A DNA stretch of 64,000 nt from an uncultured cyanobacterium (GTDB taxonomy: Bacteria > Cyanobacteriota > Cyanobacteriia > Cyanobacteriales > Nostocaceae): positions 3,168,001 to 3,232,000 of the forward strand of contig CAVUDP010000002.1 of the NCBI GenBank assembly GCA_963740315.1, written 5' to 3'. Every line of letters starts with the position of its first letter. Position 1 is the stretch's first letter. Position numbers and translations under genes: made by a program. The notes under the pieces are model-generated. The model saw nothing but the letters and a program-made list of their open reading frames with translations, did not search any database and had not been told where the DNA came from. Below, in pieces: positions 41,121 to 51,220 of this stretch.

Positions 41121-42194
41121 ATGGCTAAATTAGAACTTAAAAATTTAAACAAAACCTTTTCTCCGAAAGTTATTCCCGTTAAGGATATTAGTTTATCTGT
41201 TGAGAATAGCGAATTCCTGACATTACTTGGTCCTAGCGGTTGCGGTAAGTCTACAACTCTGAGGATGATTGCAGGTTTGGAAGAGGTGACGCGAGGAAAA
41301 GTATTCTTGGGAAGCGAGGATATCACTTACAAACGCGCTGGCGATCGCAATATGGCGATGGTGTTCCAAAGTTATGCATTATACCCGCACATGACGGTAC
41401 GGGAAAATCTGGCTTCGGGATTAAAGTTAAAAAAAGTACCTAGCGGAGAAATTCAAACAAGGGTTACGGAAGTGGCAGCACTTTTAGGTTTGGAAGACTT
41501 GTTTGGACGCAAACCGGGACAGCTTTCTGGGGGACAAAGACAGCGGGTTGCTGTAGGTAGGGCTTTGGTGCGTAAGGCTGAAGCGTATTTATTGGATGAG
41601 CCTTTGAGCAACCTTGATGCATTATTGCGTGAAAGAGTCCGCGCCGATATCAAGCAGATATTTGCAGCCCAAAAAGCCCCGGTAGTCTATGTTACCCACG
41701 ACCAAACTGAAGCGATGACGCTTTCTTCTCAAGTTGCAGTATTAAATAACGGTTACGTGCAGCAACTTGCACCGCCAGCAGATATTTACAACCATCCCGC
41801 TAATTTATTTGTCGCTGGTTTTGTAGGTAGCCCTCAGATGAATTTGCTTACTCTACTTTGTAAAGGCAACAGCGCTGCGATCGGCGATTTTTCTGTTAAT
41901 ATACCTAAAATTTCCACTTTACCCCCGCAAATTATTTTAGGCATTCGTCCCGAACACGTTCGCGTTGCACTACCGGAAGATACGCAAACCGTGAAAGGGC
42001 GAGTATATTTAGTAGAAAATTTGGGTATGTACAAATTAGTTAGCGTGCGTATTCCCAGTTCTCAAACAGAACCGCTGACTATACGTGCTTTACTACCTCC
42101 CGACCAAAATTGGGATAACGAAGAAATTACCCTGGCTCTACCGTCTGAGAACATCCACTGGTTTGATGTTGAATCGGGGGATGCGTTGCAGTGA
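41121..42194 (+). CDS. Sugar ABC transporter ATP-binding protein (MalK-like)
   Basis: GPSGCGKST, VFQSYALYPH, LSGGQRQR, DEPLSNLD, THDQ. Confidence 0.94.
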   Translation: MAKLELKNLNKTFSPKVIPVKDISLSVENSEFLTLLGPSGCGKSTTLRMIAGLEEVTRGKVFLGSEDITYKRAGDRNMAMVFQSYALYPHMTVRENLASGLKLKKVPSGEIQTRVTEVAALLGLEDLFGRKPGQLSGGQRQRVAVGRALVRKAEAYLLDEPLSNLDALLRERVRADIKQIFAAQKAPVVYVTHDQTEAMTLSSQVAVLNNGYVQQLAPPADIYNHPANLFVAGFVGSPQMNLLTLLCKGNSAAIGDFSVNIPKISTLPPQIILGIRPEHVRVALPEDTQTVKGRVYLVENLGMYKLVSVRIPSSQTEPLTIRALLPPDQNWDNEEITLALPSENIHWFDVESGDALQ

Positions 42195-42394
42195 GCAGTT
42201 ATCAGTGAGCAGTTATCAGTTAAAGGTAGACAAGGGGACAAGGAGATGGGGGGATGGGGGGACAAGGGGATGGGGGGATGGGGGAGACAAGGGGAAATTA
42301 ACTCCTAACTCATCACTCTTTTAATCCAAAATCTAAAACTTGTGCTGAGCAGTTCGACGTAGCTCACTGTAAGACTTGCCGAAGTATCCAAAAT

Positions 42395-43579
42395 CTAAAA
42401 TCGCAAAAACCTGTCCACCTTCGCTTTGACTTCGGGTAGATTCATATAAACGTCTGCGGCTTCAAGTAAGTTATTAATGTTTTCTTCGCTTGCGTCGTCT
42501 AAATCATCGCTTAAAGGTTTACCAGTCAAATACTTATCAAGATTAAATTGCAAACGTAAAAGGCGATCGTGAACTATTTGCTTGCTAATATATTCGTAAA
42601 TATCGGAAGAAGCATCAAATAATACGCCTACAATTGGACGCGCCCATTCTATTAAACCCCAACCTTGCACTTTTTGAAAAGGAATGATTCGGGTTCTATC
42701 TCCAGTACCGATGGAAAGCACTGCGATTTCTTGATTGGAATAACCGAAGCGTAATGCTTCTGCAATACCGCAACTAGAAGGGTTGTTTGCAGCAACTCCG
42801 CCATCAATTGCCGAGTATATAGTTTTAATTGAATAAGTAGATGTTTTATCGGGAATTCTATCCCAAGCAGGGTTTACGGTTGCTTTTCTAATTGAACCAA
42901 TATAATTTTTAATAATGCGAGTTTGTCCGCTACCTCTACCGTCAGTAATTCTGATTTCGGCATTTTCATAAACACCATCAACGGTAGATTCATTCTCGCT
43001 AAAAATAATAGTATTTATACTTGCGTCTTTGACGTTGCCAATAACTCTTTTATCTAATTTATGTGCCGGAAAATAAGTAGGTGCTGATGCTGAAGAAACA
43101 CATACTTCCCACAATGGAACGTTACCATATGCTTTATCAGGTCGCCAGCTTTTAAAAATAATGGGATTGCGTTCGATCGTGTCATAAGATACTATTAATA
43201 ACCGTGGCGAAGTACCAATATCAAACAATCTTGTTTCTCCAAAAACACCCTGCAAAACTTGTATTAAACCTTTGTCAGAGAATTTAGGAGCAGATATACC
43301 GTATTTTAAGATTACAGGAATTCGCTTTATAGAAAAAAGACTTTCATAGGGAAAGATAATTGAGCTTTTATTTTGGAAAAATTCAACAATCTCTTTACTG
43401 CTGCGTCCCGTTGCGATCGCTGCTGCTACAATAGAGCCTGTAGAAGTTCCGACGATTAAGTCAAAGTACTCATTTAACGGTTGATTAATTTGCTTTTCAA
43501 TTTTCGCTAACATTTTCGCCGCAACAATTCCCCTAACCCCTCCACCATCCAGACTTAATATCCGAAAAGGCATTTTCAT
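42395..43579 (-). CDS. Patatin-like phospholipase with an internal insertion
   Basis: DGGGVRG, GTSTG, SAPTYF, DGGVAANNP. Confidence 0.9.
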   Translation of the reverse strand: MKMPFRILSLDGGGVRGIVAAKMLAKIEKQINQPLNEYFDLIVGTSTGSIVAAAIATGRSSKEIVEFFQNKSSIIFPYESLFSIKRIPVILKYGISAPKFSDKGLIQVLQGVFGETRLFDIGTSPRLLIVSYDTIERNPIIFKSWRPDKAYGNVPLWEVCVSSASAPTYFPAHKLDKRVIGNVKDASINTIIFSENESTVDGVYENAEIRITDGRGSGQTRIIKNYIGSIRKATVNPAWDRIPDKTSTYSIKTIYSAIDGGVAANNPSSCGIAEALRFGYSNQEIAVLSIGTGDRTRIIPFQKVQGWGLIEWARPIVGVLFDASSDIYEYISKQIVHDRLLRLQFNLDKYLTGKPLSDDLDDASEENINNLLEAADVYMNLPEVKAKVDRFLRF

Positions 43580-43929
43580 AATTCTCCCTGTATGATAACT
43601 TGTATCTTGCGGCTAATTTAGATACATATATTTGCCGATTTATATTATTAATAATATTGTTAATTCCTGCAATAATAGAATATACAAAATATGAAAGTAA
43701 TTATTATAAATATTGAATCGTATTTTTCACTGATTAATTTTAGATATTTTGATTTTGCCATTTACTTCTATTAAATAGGTAATATCTTAAATTTAAACTG
43801 TAGTGTAGATATGTTACTCATATCAATTAACATCGTAAATTTTTGATAAAATCAGTTGTTTATTAAAAAATAATTAGCTAATTTTACAGCTAGTTTAAAT
43901 AAAAATACTTACACCAGGACTAATTAATA

Positions 43930-44976
43930 GTGACAAAGCTTAAAGCATTATTTATAGCATCTGCTAGTACAGCATTGATTGTTTCAGTCACGGTACAAAC
44001 AGCTAAAGCAGCCAACTTCAACCCCGCACCTATTTATCAAGATTTCGGAAGTTACAGTACAACTATCTCTGGAAATAACGATTTAGCTGATATATATTTT
44101 CCTAAACCTAGAGATTTAACAACTGCTAAAAATTCCTTTCCCGTAGCTTTGTTATTGCAAGGTGCCAATGTAGATAAATCAAGTTATTCTGAATATGCCA
44201 GCATAGTTGCTCGCTATGGTTTTGTCGTAGTTGTGCCTAATAGAGAGCGAGCGATTCCAGAACGTAATAGCACCGGACTTTTTGCTGAAACTTCGCAGGT
44301 AGATGATGTCCTAACACAGATAAAACTAGAAAATTCTAATCCAACTTCACCTATAAAAGACATTGTTGATACAGATAAATTAGCATTATTGGGTCATTCT
44401 TTCGGCGGTGCTGTGGGATTATCTTTTATAGCAGATATATGCATTCCTCCTTTTTGTCAAACTCCATTTAAGCAACGGGATGAATTAGTTGCAGGTGCAT
44501 TTTTTGGTGCGGGTTTATCACGCAGTAGAAACAATCCTGAGTTTATACCCATTAACAATTCCGGAGTTCCTATTGCTTTGTTGAAAGGAAGCATTGATGG
44601 TATTACTCCACCTTTCGTAACTGATGCAACCTACGATAATATTCAAAATCCTCCCAAAGCTTTAATTAGCATTTCAGGTGCAAATCACTACGGTATCACT
44701 AATACTAATAATCCCGATCGTCCATTTCCAGATCCTAACGTTCCAACAATACCTCAAGATGTGGCTGTAGAAACTATTGCACGTTGGAGTGGGTTATTTT
44801 TACGCGCTAGCGTACTTGATGATAAGGAAGCTTTTAATTATGTATATTCTACTGGTGATGCACTTGATAAAAATGTAACAGTTACCAGCCAAGTAAAATC
44901 AGTTCCCGAAGCGTCTTCTATATGGGGTTTAGCATTATTTGGTATTGGGTTTTTAGGATGGAAACGAAAAATGTAG
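43930..44976 (+). CDS. Secreted alpha/beta hydrolase (chlorophyllase-like) with a PEP-CTERM-type tail
   Basis: Signal peptide, GHSFGG, GANHY, C-terminal VPEA plus TM helix and KRK. Confidence 0.85.
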   Translation: MTKLKALFIASASTALIVSVTVQTAKAANFNPAPIYQDFGSYSTTISGNNDLADIYFPKPRDLTTAKNSFPVALLLQGANVDKSSYSEYASIVARYGFVVVVPNRERAIPERNSTGLFAETSQVDDVLTQIKLENSNPTSPIKDIVDTDKLALLGHSFGGAVGLSFIADICIPPFCQTPFKQRDELVAGAFFGAGLSRSRNNPEFIPINNSGVPIALLKGSIDGITPPFVTDATYDNIQNPPKALISISGANHYGITNTNNPDRPFPDPNVPTIPQDVAVETIARWSGLFLRASVLDDKEAFNYVYSTGDALDKNVTVTSQVKSVPEASSIWGLALFGIGFLGWKRKM

Positions 44977-45453
44977 AGACGTAGCACTGCTACGTCTCCA
45001 TAATTATCAAAGATAACAAATAACCGATCGTCAAAAAAATGTTGGTCTATTGTATATCTAAAAAATAGGTAGGAACGTTACATGAAAAAAGACTTTGCAC
45101 TGCTACGTCTCCATAATTATCAAAGATAACAAATAACCGATCGTCAAAAAAATGTTGGTCTATTGTATATCTAAAAAATCGGTGGCAACGCTACATAAAA
45201 AAAGACGTAGCACTAAGGAGTCTCCATAAATGTGAAAGATAACAAATAACCGATCGTCAAAAAAATGTTGGTCTATTGTATATCTAAAAAATCGGTGGCA
45301 ACGCTACATGAAAAAAGACGTAGCACTAAGGAGTCTCCATAAATGTGAAAGATAACAAATAACCGATCGTCAAAAAAATGTTGGTCTATTGTATATCTAA
45401 AAAATCGGTGGCAACGCTACATGAAAAAAGACGTAGCAGTGCTACGTCTCTAC
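44973..45453. repeat. REP family A array: four 113-bp units bounded by GTAG...CTAC
   Basis: AAAGATAACAAATAACCG at 45009, 45122, 45235, 45348. Confidence 0.92.
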
Positions 45454-45470
45454 ATTATTATTAAACTAAA

Positions 45471-46451
45471 TTATTTACCTTGAATATTCATATCCATTGT
45501 TAACTTAGAAGTCATGGGAGTTTCTTCTAAAGTATTAACGTTTTTACCAATATATACACTATCGGCAAGCAAGGTTAATTGAGAACTTACCGGCATAACT
45601 TTATCAAGCTGTATCGTAGCTTTTCCTTTGGCGTTACCTTTAAATGTTTGTAGAGTCAAAATACCGTCTAAAGGCAATCCAGGATAGTCAATTACTTGAG
45701 GTGATTTTTCTTGTTGCTGCAAATTAACATTCAAATTAGCGACATTATCTTTGACATTTACTAATTCATAAGTAGTAGTTTGTTTGAGACTAATACCGTT
45801 AATGTCTGCTTCAGAATTAACTCGCCATTTAGCACCCGTTCCTACAGCTACTTCGGGAACTGGTGAAGATAATTGCTGTAATGAATTAGATAATTGTTCG
45901 ACTAGAAACTTGATATTTACATCTACTGTTTCTGGAATTACGTAATTAAGTTTTTTAGTTCTTCCTTGATTATCTATGACAGCAGAACCCTTAAAGTTCT
46001 CTAATTGCCCTATTTGCTTGCTAATTACCCGGATTAATTCTGGGCGGGTTTGAGCATCGCCTTTAATATTTACATTAGAATAAGCAATATCATAATAAAT
46101 ATCTCCATTTGGTTCTACTTTCGTGACAGTAGAATCTAAAGTAATAATATAAGATGGTAACTTTGCCCTTGGCATTTTAAATTCACCAATAGACATTAAA
46201 GTGTCTTTACTTAAAGTCACATTTATAGTTTGTTTGGCACCAACTTTTGGTGTAAAACGCAATTTCTCTTTATTACCAGTACCCGTACTAATAACTTCTA
46301 ATTGAGGAACTTTTGCAATCTTAGTTTTAGTAACTTGCTTTTGTGTTTGAATAACTACAGAAGCAGGTTGAGCGTTAACACTTTTTATTTGCTCTAATCC
46401 CCATCCGGCAAATACTAGAAAAATCGAACTAGCTAAAAATAGTTTTTTCAT
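45471..46451 (-). CDS. Exported hypothetical protein (DUF6263-like)
   Basis: Signal peptide; LRFTP, PVPEVAVGTGAKW. Confidence 0.7.
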   Translation of the reverse strand: MKKLFLASSIFLVFAGWGLEQIKSVNAQPASVVIQTQKQVTKTKIAKVPQLEVISTGTGNKEKLRFTPKVGAKQTINVTLSKDTLMSIGEFKMPRAKLPSYIITLDSTVTKVEPNGDIYYDIAYSNVNIKGDAQTRPELIRVISKQIGQLENFKGSAVIDNQGRTKKLNYVIPETVDVNIKFLVEQLSNSLQQLSSPVPEVAVGTGAKWRVNSEADINGISLKQTTTYELVNVKDNVANLNVNLQQQEKSPQVIDYPGLPLDGILTLQTFKGNAKGKATIQLDKVMPVSSQLTLLADSVYIGKNVNTLEETPMTSKLTMDMNIQGK

Positions 46452-46880
46452 GAGTTAAATAGATGATAACAACTTAAAGTATTAAGTATACAGGTGAAAA
46501 TTGAATAGTTCCGAATTAACTATTGTAAGTTTATCTACGGCAGAAGATCGGAGAACTGGAAAGATGATAAACTGAACAATTCACAACAGTGAAATCTCGT
46601 TTAATTGACAATACAATAGATTTTAAAGTTCCCATCTGTCGGAATCCGGTTTGTTTTTAGAGGGGGAAGAGGGGACAAGGGGATGGGGAGATGGGGAGAT
46701 GGGGTTCGGGGGAGATGGGGAGATAATATTTATTTATTATTAACTCTTAACTCCTAACTCAATAAGGTTACTGAGCTTGTCGAAGTACTCCTAACTCAAT
46801 AAGGTTACTGAGCTTGTCGAAGTACTCCTAACTCCTAACTCTTACAATCCAAAATCCAAATTCTAAAATCCAAAATCCTT

Positions 46881-47807
46881 ATGAGTATTATCGTCTTCGG
46901 TAGCATTAATATAGACTTGGTAGCAACAGCACCTCGTTTACCGATCGCTGGCGAAACGTTGTCAGGATACGATTTTTTCAAAGCGCCCGGTGGTAAAGGT
47001 GCTAATCAAGCAGTCGCACTGACAAAATTAGGCATTTCTACGGAAATCGTCGGACGTGTCGGTAAACAAAGCTTTAGTGAAGAACTTATCGACTATCTAC
47101 AAACTGCTGGTGTAAAAACAGATAACGTATTTGTTGACGAAACAGTGAGTTCTGGTGTTGCAATTATTACTGTAGATGATGCCGGGGAAAATCAAATTGT
47201 GGTCATTCCCGGTGCTAACGGGCGCGTTGGTGCAGAAGATGTTGAAAGACTGTCGCGTTTATTACCCCGAAAGCAAGCTCTGTTATTACAATTAGAAATT
47301 CCCATATCAGCCGCGATCGCAGCTGCAAATGAAGCACAAAAAGCAGGTGTAAAAGTCATTCTCGACCCCGCACCAGCACAAAAAGAGTTACCAAAAGAAC
47401 TTTACCCATTAGTAGATATTCTGACACCAAATGAAATCGAAGCAACGCAACTCGTAGGTTTTCCAGTAAATGACGAAGATTCAGCAAAGAAAGCAGCCGA
47501 AGTTTTATTACACAAAGGCGTGAAATGCGCGATCGTCAAACTCGGCGCAAAAGGCGTTTATTGTGGCACTGAAACAGAAAGCTTTTTTACACCAGCATTT
47601 TCAGTAAAAACAGTTGACACCACAGCCGCAGGAGACGCTTTCAACGGCGGTTTAGCAGCAGCACTTTCCGAAGGACTTTCCTTACATGAAGCCGTAGTTT
47701 GGGGTAGTGCAGCAGGTGCATTAGCAGCAACCAAATCCGGCGCACAACCTTCGCTACCAGATAGGGATGCGTTCGATCGATTTTTACAAGAAAATGTTAG
47801 TGGTTAG
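46881..47807 (+). CDS. rbsK: Ribokinase
   Basis: GSINID, PGGKGANQA, PNEIEA, DTTAAGDAFNG. Confidence 0.93.
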   Translation: MSIIVFGSINIDLVATAPRLPIAGETLSGYDFFKAPGGKGANQAVALTKLGISTEIVGRVGKQSFSEELIDYLQTAGVKTDNVFVDETVSSGVAIITVDDAGENQIVVIPGANGRVGAEDVERLSRLLPRKQALLLQLEIPISAAIAAANEAQKAGVKVILDPAPAQKELPKELYPLVDILTPNEIEATQLVGFPVNDEDSAKKAAEVLLHKGVKCAIVKLGAKGVYCGTETESFFTPAFSVKTVDTTAAGDAFNGGLAAALSEGLSLHEAVVWGSAAGALAATKSGAQPSLPDRDAFDRFLQENVSG

Positions 47808-47855
47808 TTGCTGGGGATTGGTATTGGTAATAGGTAATTGGTAATTGAAAACAAC

Positions 47856-48066
47856 TAGTACGGAGCCACATTAATTTTAAGGGGGTGAGATAACTCTTCG
47901 TAGGGTTCAAAACCCAACCTACAAACTAAATTTAGAGGGCTAAAGCCCTTACTACGAACCTTTTTACCCAGCAAAATAAATGAAATGGATCGCTAGGCTC
48001 TGCCTCAAGTATATTAAGATTATGAGCCTCTTGAAATGTATTCCTAGACAGGGCTTGGGAACAAGA
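47856..48066. repeat. Composite repeat (same parts as 3010-3260)
   Basis: TAGTAC..GCCACATTAATTTT, GAGGGCTAAAGCCCTTACTAC, AGGCTCTGCCTC, TGGGAACAAG. Confidence 0.6.
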
Positions 48067-48091
48067 ATCTGTTGTTAAAATCTAAAATCGA

Positions 48092-49378
48092 ATGACCGAA
48101 CATATTTACGATTTAATTCTACGTCGGGGTAGATTAGTTTCATTTAATACGCAAAGCGAACCTGTTGATACTGGTATTAAAGATGGGCGAATTACTGCTA
48201 TTTCGCCTAATTTAACCGAATCTGCTCGTCAGGAAATCGATTTATCAGAAAAGTTAATTTCACCGCCTTTTGTTGAATCGCACATTCATTTAGATTCGGT
48301 TTTAACTGCGGGTGAACCCCGTTGGAATCAGAGTGGGACTTTGTTTGAAGGAATTCAAATTTGGGGCGATCGCAAACGTGAAATCACCATCGAAGATGTG
48401 AAAAACCGCGCTTTAACGATGTTGAAGCAGCAAGCAGCGCAGGGTATATTATTTGTCAGAACTCACGCAGATGTCAGCGAGCCGCAGTTAATTGCGCTAC
48501 AGGCTTTATTGGAATTGCGCGATGAAGTTAAGGATTGGATGACGGTGCAGGTAGTTGCATTTCCCCAAGACGGGATTTACTCGGATTCGCAAAATGAAAT
48601 TTTATTAGAAAAAGCTTTGGAAATGGGTGCGGATGCGGTGGGAGGAATCCCCCATTATGAATTGACGCGGGATTTGGGTGTGCGATCGGTACAAAAAATA
48701 TTTGAATTAGCTGAGAAATATAATCGTTTAATTGATATCCATTGTGACGAAATTGATGACGAGCAGTCGCGATTTTTAGAAGTCGTTGCAGAGTCAGCTA
48801 TTCGGACAAAAATCGGTAGTCGGGTTACGGCAAGTCATACCACTGCTTTTGGTTCTTATAATAATGCCTATGCGTATAAATTAATGGGTTTTCTGCAACG
48901 CGCTCAAATTAATTTTATCGCCAATCCTTTGATTAATATTACCTTGCAAGGACGTGCGGATACTTACCCGAAGCGTAGAGGAGTCACCCGCGTTAAAGAA
49001 TTATGGCAAAACGGCTTAAACGTTAGTTTCGGTCATGATTGCGTCCAAGATCCTTGGTATAGCTTGGGTACGGGAAGTATGTTAGATGTGGCTCATATGG
49101 GAGTACATATTTGTCACATGACAGGGCGTGAAGAAGTTGATGCTTGTTATCAAATGGTTACAAGTAATGCAGCTAAAACATTACATTTAGAAGATAAATA
49201 CGGTATAGAAGTTGGAAAACCTGCCAATGCGATCGTGCTTAACGAAGACAATTTTTACAACGCTATCCGCACTCGCAATAAACCTTGTTACGTTATATCC
49301 CAAGGAAAAATCATCGCTTCCACTACACCAGCAGCAACTAATTTTTCAATAACTGGGAACGGTAATCAAGGCTCGTAG
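48092..49378 (+). CDS. codA: Cytosine deaminase (amidohydrolase family)
   Basis: PFVESHIHLD, WNQSGTLFEGI, HCDE, TASHTT, FGHD. Confidence 0.92.
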   Translation: MTEHIYDLILRRGRLVSFNTQSEPVDTGIKDGRITAISPNLTESARQEIDLSEKLISPPFVESHIHLDSVLTAGEPRWNQSGTLFEGIQIWGDRKREITIEDVKNRALTMLKQQAAQGILFVRTHADVSEPQLIALQALLELRDEVKDWMTVQVVAFPQDGIYSDSQNEILLEKALEMGADAVGGIPHYELTRDLGVRSVQKIFELAEKYNRLIDIHCDEIDDEQSRFLEVVAESAIRTKIGSRVTASHTTAFGSYNNAYAYKLMGFLQRAQINFIANPLINITLQGRADTYPKRRGVTRVKELWQNGLNVSFGHDCVQDPWYSLGTGSMLDVAHMGVHICHMTGREEVDACYQMVTSNAAKTLHLEDKYGIEVGKPANAIVLNEDNFYNAIRTRNKPCYVISQGKIIASTTPAATNFSITGNGNQGS

Positions 49379-49422
49379 TAAGGGCTTTAGCCCTTGGATA
49401 AGAGGACTAAAGTCCTTACTAC
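49375..49422. repeat. GTAG-REP family B doublet
   Basis: GTAGTAAGGGCTTTAGCCCTT...AGGACTAAAGTCCTTACTAC; related copies at 3141, 31772, 50153, 50249. Confidence 0.8.
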
Positions 49423-49554
49423 AAACCTATAAAAATAATTTTTTAATCGCAGTATATTTATATTAAGTTATGATTATGACTGGAAAATATTTAATCTAAG
49501 TATTTTCTATGACATTCACAGAGTTTGAGCAGATTTTAGGAGCAACAAAAAGAG

Positions 49555-50142
49555 ATGACGATGAAATTATTTAAATTGACAGCATTAGCCGTCTTATTGA
49601 TTCCAGTAAGTATATTAGCTGCGTCTTGTAACGAGAATGCATCTTCAGCTAACAAAGTCGATTCACAAGCTTCAAATAATTGTATTACTGAAAAAGATGT
49701 CATCAATGCTCAGGAAACTTGGGCTAATGCGATTGTTGCTATTGGTAAGGAATACAAGAATAAAGGAAACTACAAAGAATTAGCAGCAAATACTGTTGAT
49801 ACATTATACGGTTATGACGAAGGTACGGTTTTATTTAAGCCAACAAAAGCTTCAGAAGGACAGTTTCGTTTAACAGAAGAAGATGCCATATCTTATTTTG
49901 TTAAAGGTAAAATTGCTGAAGATAACGGATTTGCTCTCCAACCTTGGAGTAAAGTCAGATTTGAAAACGCGGGAGTCAGCGTTGCTTGTAACGATGCCGT
50001 GACTATGGGAAACTACTATTTTACTGATGCTAATACTGGAAAAGAAACCAAAGTTGAATATACTTTTGGTTATCGCAAAAACAACGATGGAAAGCTACTT
50101 ATAGATTTGCACCATTCCTCTTTACCATTTAATCCCACCTAA
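49555..50142 (+). CDS. Iota-class carbonic anhydrase (COG4337 type), lipoprotein
   Basis: Lipobox LAASC; AQETW, LYGY, VLFKPTKA, EDNGFAL, MGNYYF, KVEYTFGY, LHHSSLP. Confidence 0.78.
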   Translation: MTMKLFKLTALAVLLIPVSILAASCNENASSANKVDSQASNNCITEKDVINAQETWANAIVAIGKEYKNKGNYKELAANTVDTLYGYDEGTVLFKPTKASEGQFRLTEEDAISYFVKGKIAEDNGFALQPWSKVRFENAGVSVACNDAVTMGNYYFTDANTGKETKVEYTFGYRKNNDGKLLIDLHHSSLPFNPT

Positions 50143-50304
50143 TAATAGGTTCGTAGTAAGAACTTTAGTCCTCTTCTTCGACAACTAAAGTTTTTACTAT
50201 AAGCTAATCAGGATTAATTAAACCTATACCCCACCAAATAATAGGTTCGTAGTAAGGACTTTAGTCCTCTTCTTCCACAAATAAACTTCTTACTAATACG
50301 GTTA

Positions 50305-50438
50305 GTAGCTTGGGTTAGACACGATTTGCAATTAGAGTAACCCAACATCTTCATTATTGACAATGCAATGTTGGGTTAGGTTGCAAATATAAATTATTTG
50401 TCAAAAACTAAATTTTTAGTGCGTCTAACCTAAACTAC
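50305..50438. repeat. GTAG-REP family D doublet
   Basis: GTAGCTTGGGTTAGAC...TAACCCAAC...GTTGGGTTA...GTCTAACCTAAACTAC. Confidence 0.7.
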
Positions 50439-50833
50439 TCCCCACTCCCTTCTAAAAAAGAAACATGAGCCGAAACAACTTTCCAACCTTCTGGAAAACG
50501 CTGCCACATTTGGCTTTGTCTACCCCGACGCTCTGCATTATTTATTAATCGGCGAAATTCTAAGGTAACTGCTGCACTATTTTCACCAAAAGTTACCACT
50601 TTCAAGTTTAATATTTCTCGCTCTAATTTAAAACCCGGACGAGAATTGCGAAAAGCCCGAATATCTTCCGCACCATACAGATTTTCATTTAATCCAAACC
50701 GAACAACATCCGCAGAATCCCAGAAAAAATTATCCAGCACGACGGTATCATTACTACATAAAGCCGTTTCATACCTCATATATAATTCCGTCAATTCAGC
50801 AACTATAGCTGTTTCATTAATGACATTGCTCAT
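50435..50833 (-). CDS. hpxZ: AtzH-like/HpxZ (DUF3225) NTF2-fold protein
   Basis: YETAL..ND..VLD.FFW, ENLYG..IRAFR, GRQSQ.W, WKVVSAHVS. Confidence 0.82.
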   Translation of the reverse strand: MSNVINETAIVAELTELYMRYETALCSNDTVVLDNFFWDSADVVRFGLNENLYGAEDIRAFRNSRPGFKLEREILNLKVVTFGENSAAVTLEFRRLINNAERRGRQSQMWQRFPEGWKVVSAHVSFLEGSGE

Positions 50834-51220
50834 ATTTACGTGAATAATTTCTAATTCAAAAATTCCTCAAGTTTATTCTTTTTATTTAGCTCGTCCAGAT
50901 TTTTTTTCAATTAAAAGAAATAGAAACAGAAATTATTACCAACGGTATGAGTCAAGGCAAAAAAAGAGTTTCTGGAGGACGAAAAATTTCTGTAATGGAT
51001 AAACTTGAGAAAGAAGCTTTTTATAACTATATTTTGCAGCAGTGGCAGAGGTAATGTAATTTTAGATTGGAAAAGTTAAGAATGAGGAGTTAGGAATTAT
51101 ATGATTTTAGTTTTTAATAGTGGATGCATTTGTTTTTGATTATTATCTATTCCCCTGTCTCCTTCTCCTCATCGCCCTAACTTTCTTTTCTATTCCCAAT
51201 ACATATAAACTGATTAATTA

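Noticed and set aside
42395..43579. CBASS defence operon
   Set aside because: No cyclic-nucleotide synthase or other defence gene adjacent to the patatin
44973..45453. CRISPR array
   Set aside because: Spacers are near-identical to each other, so this is a tandem amplification
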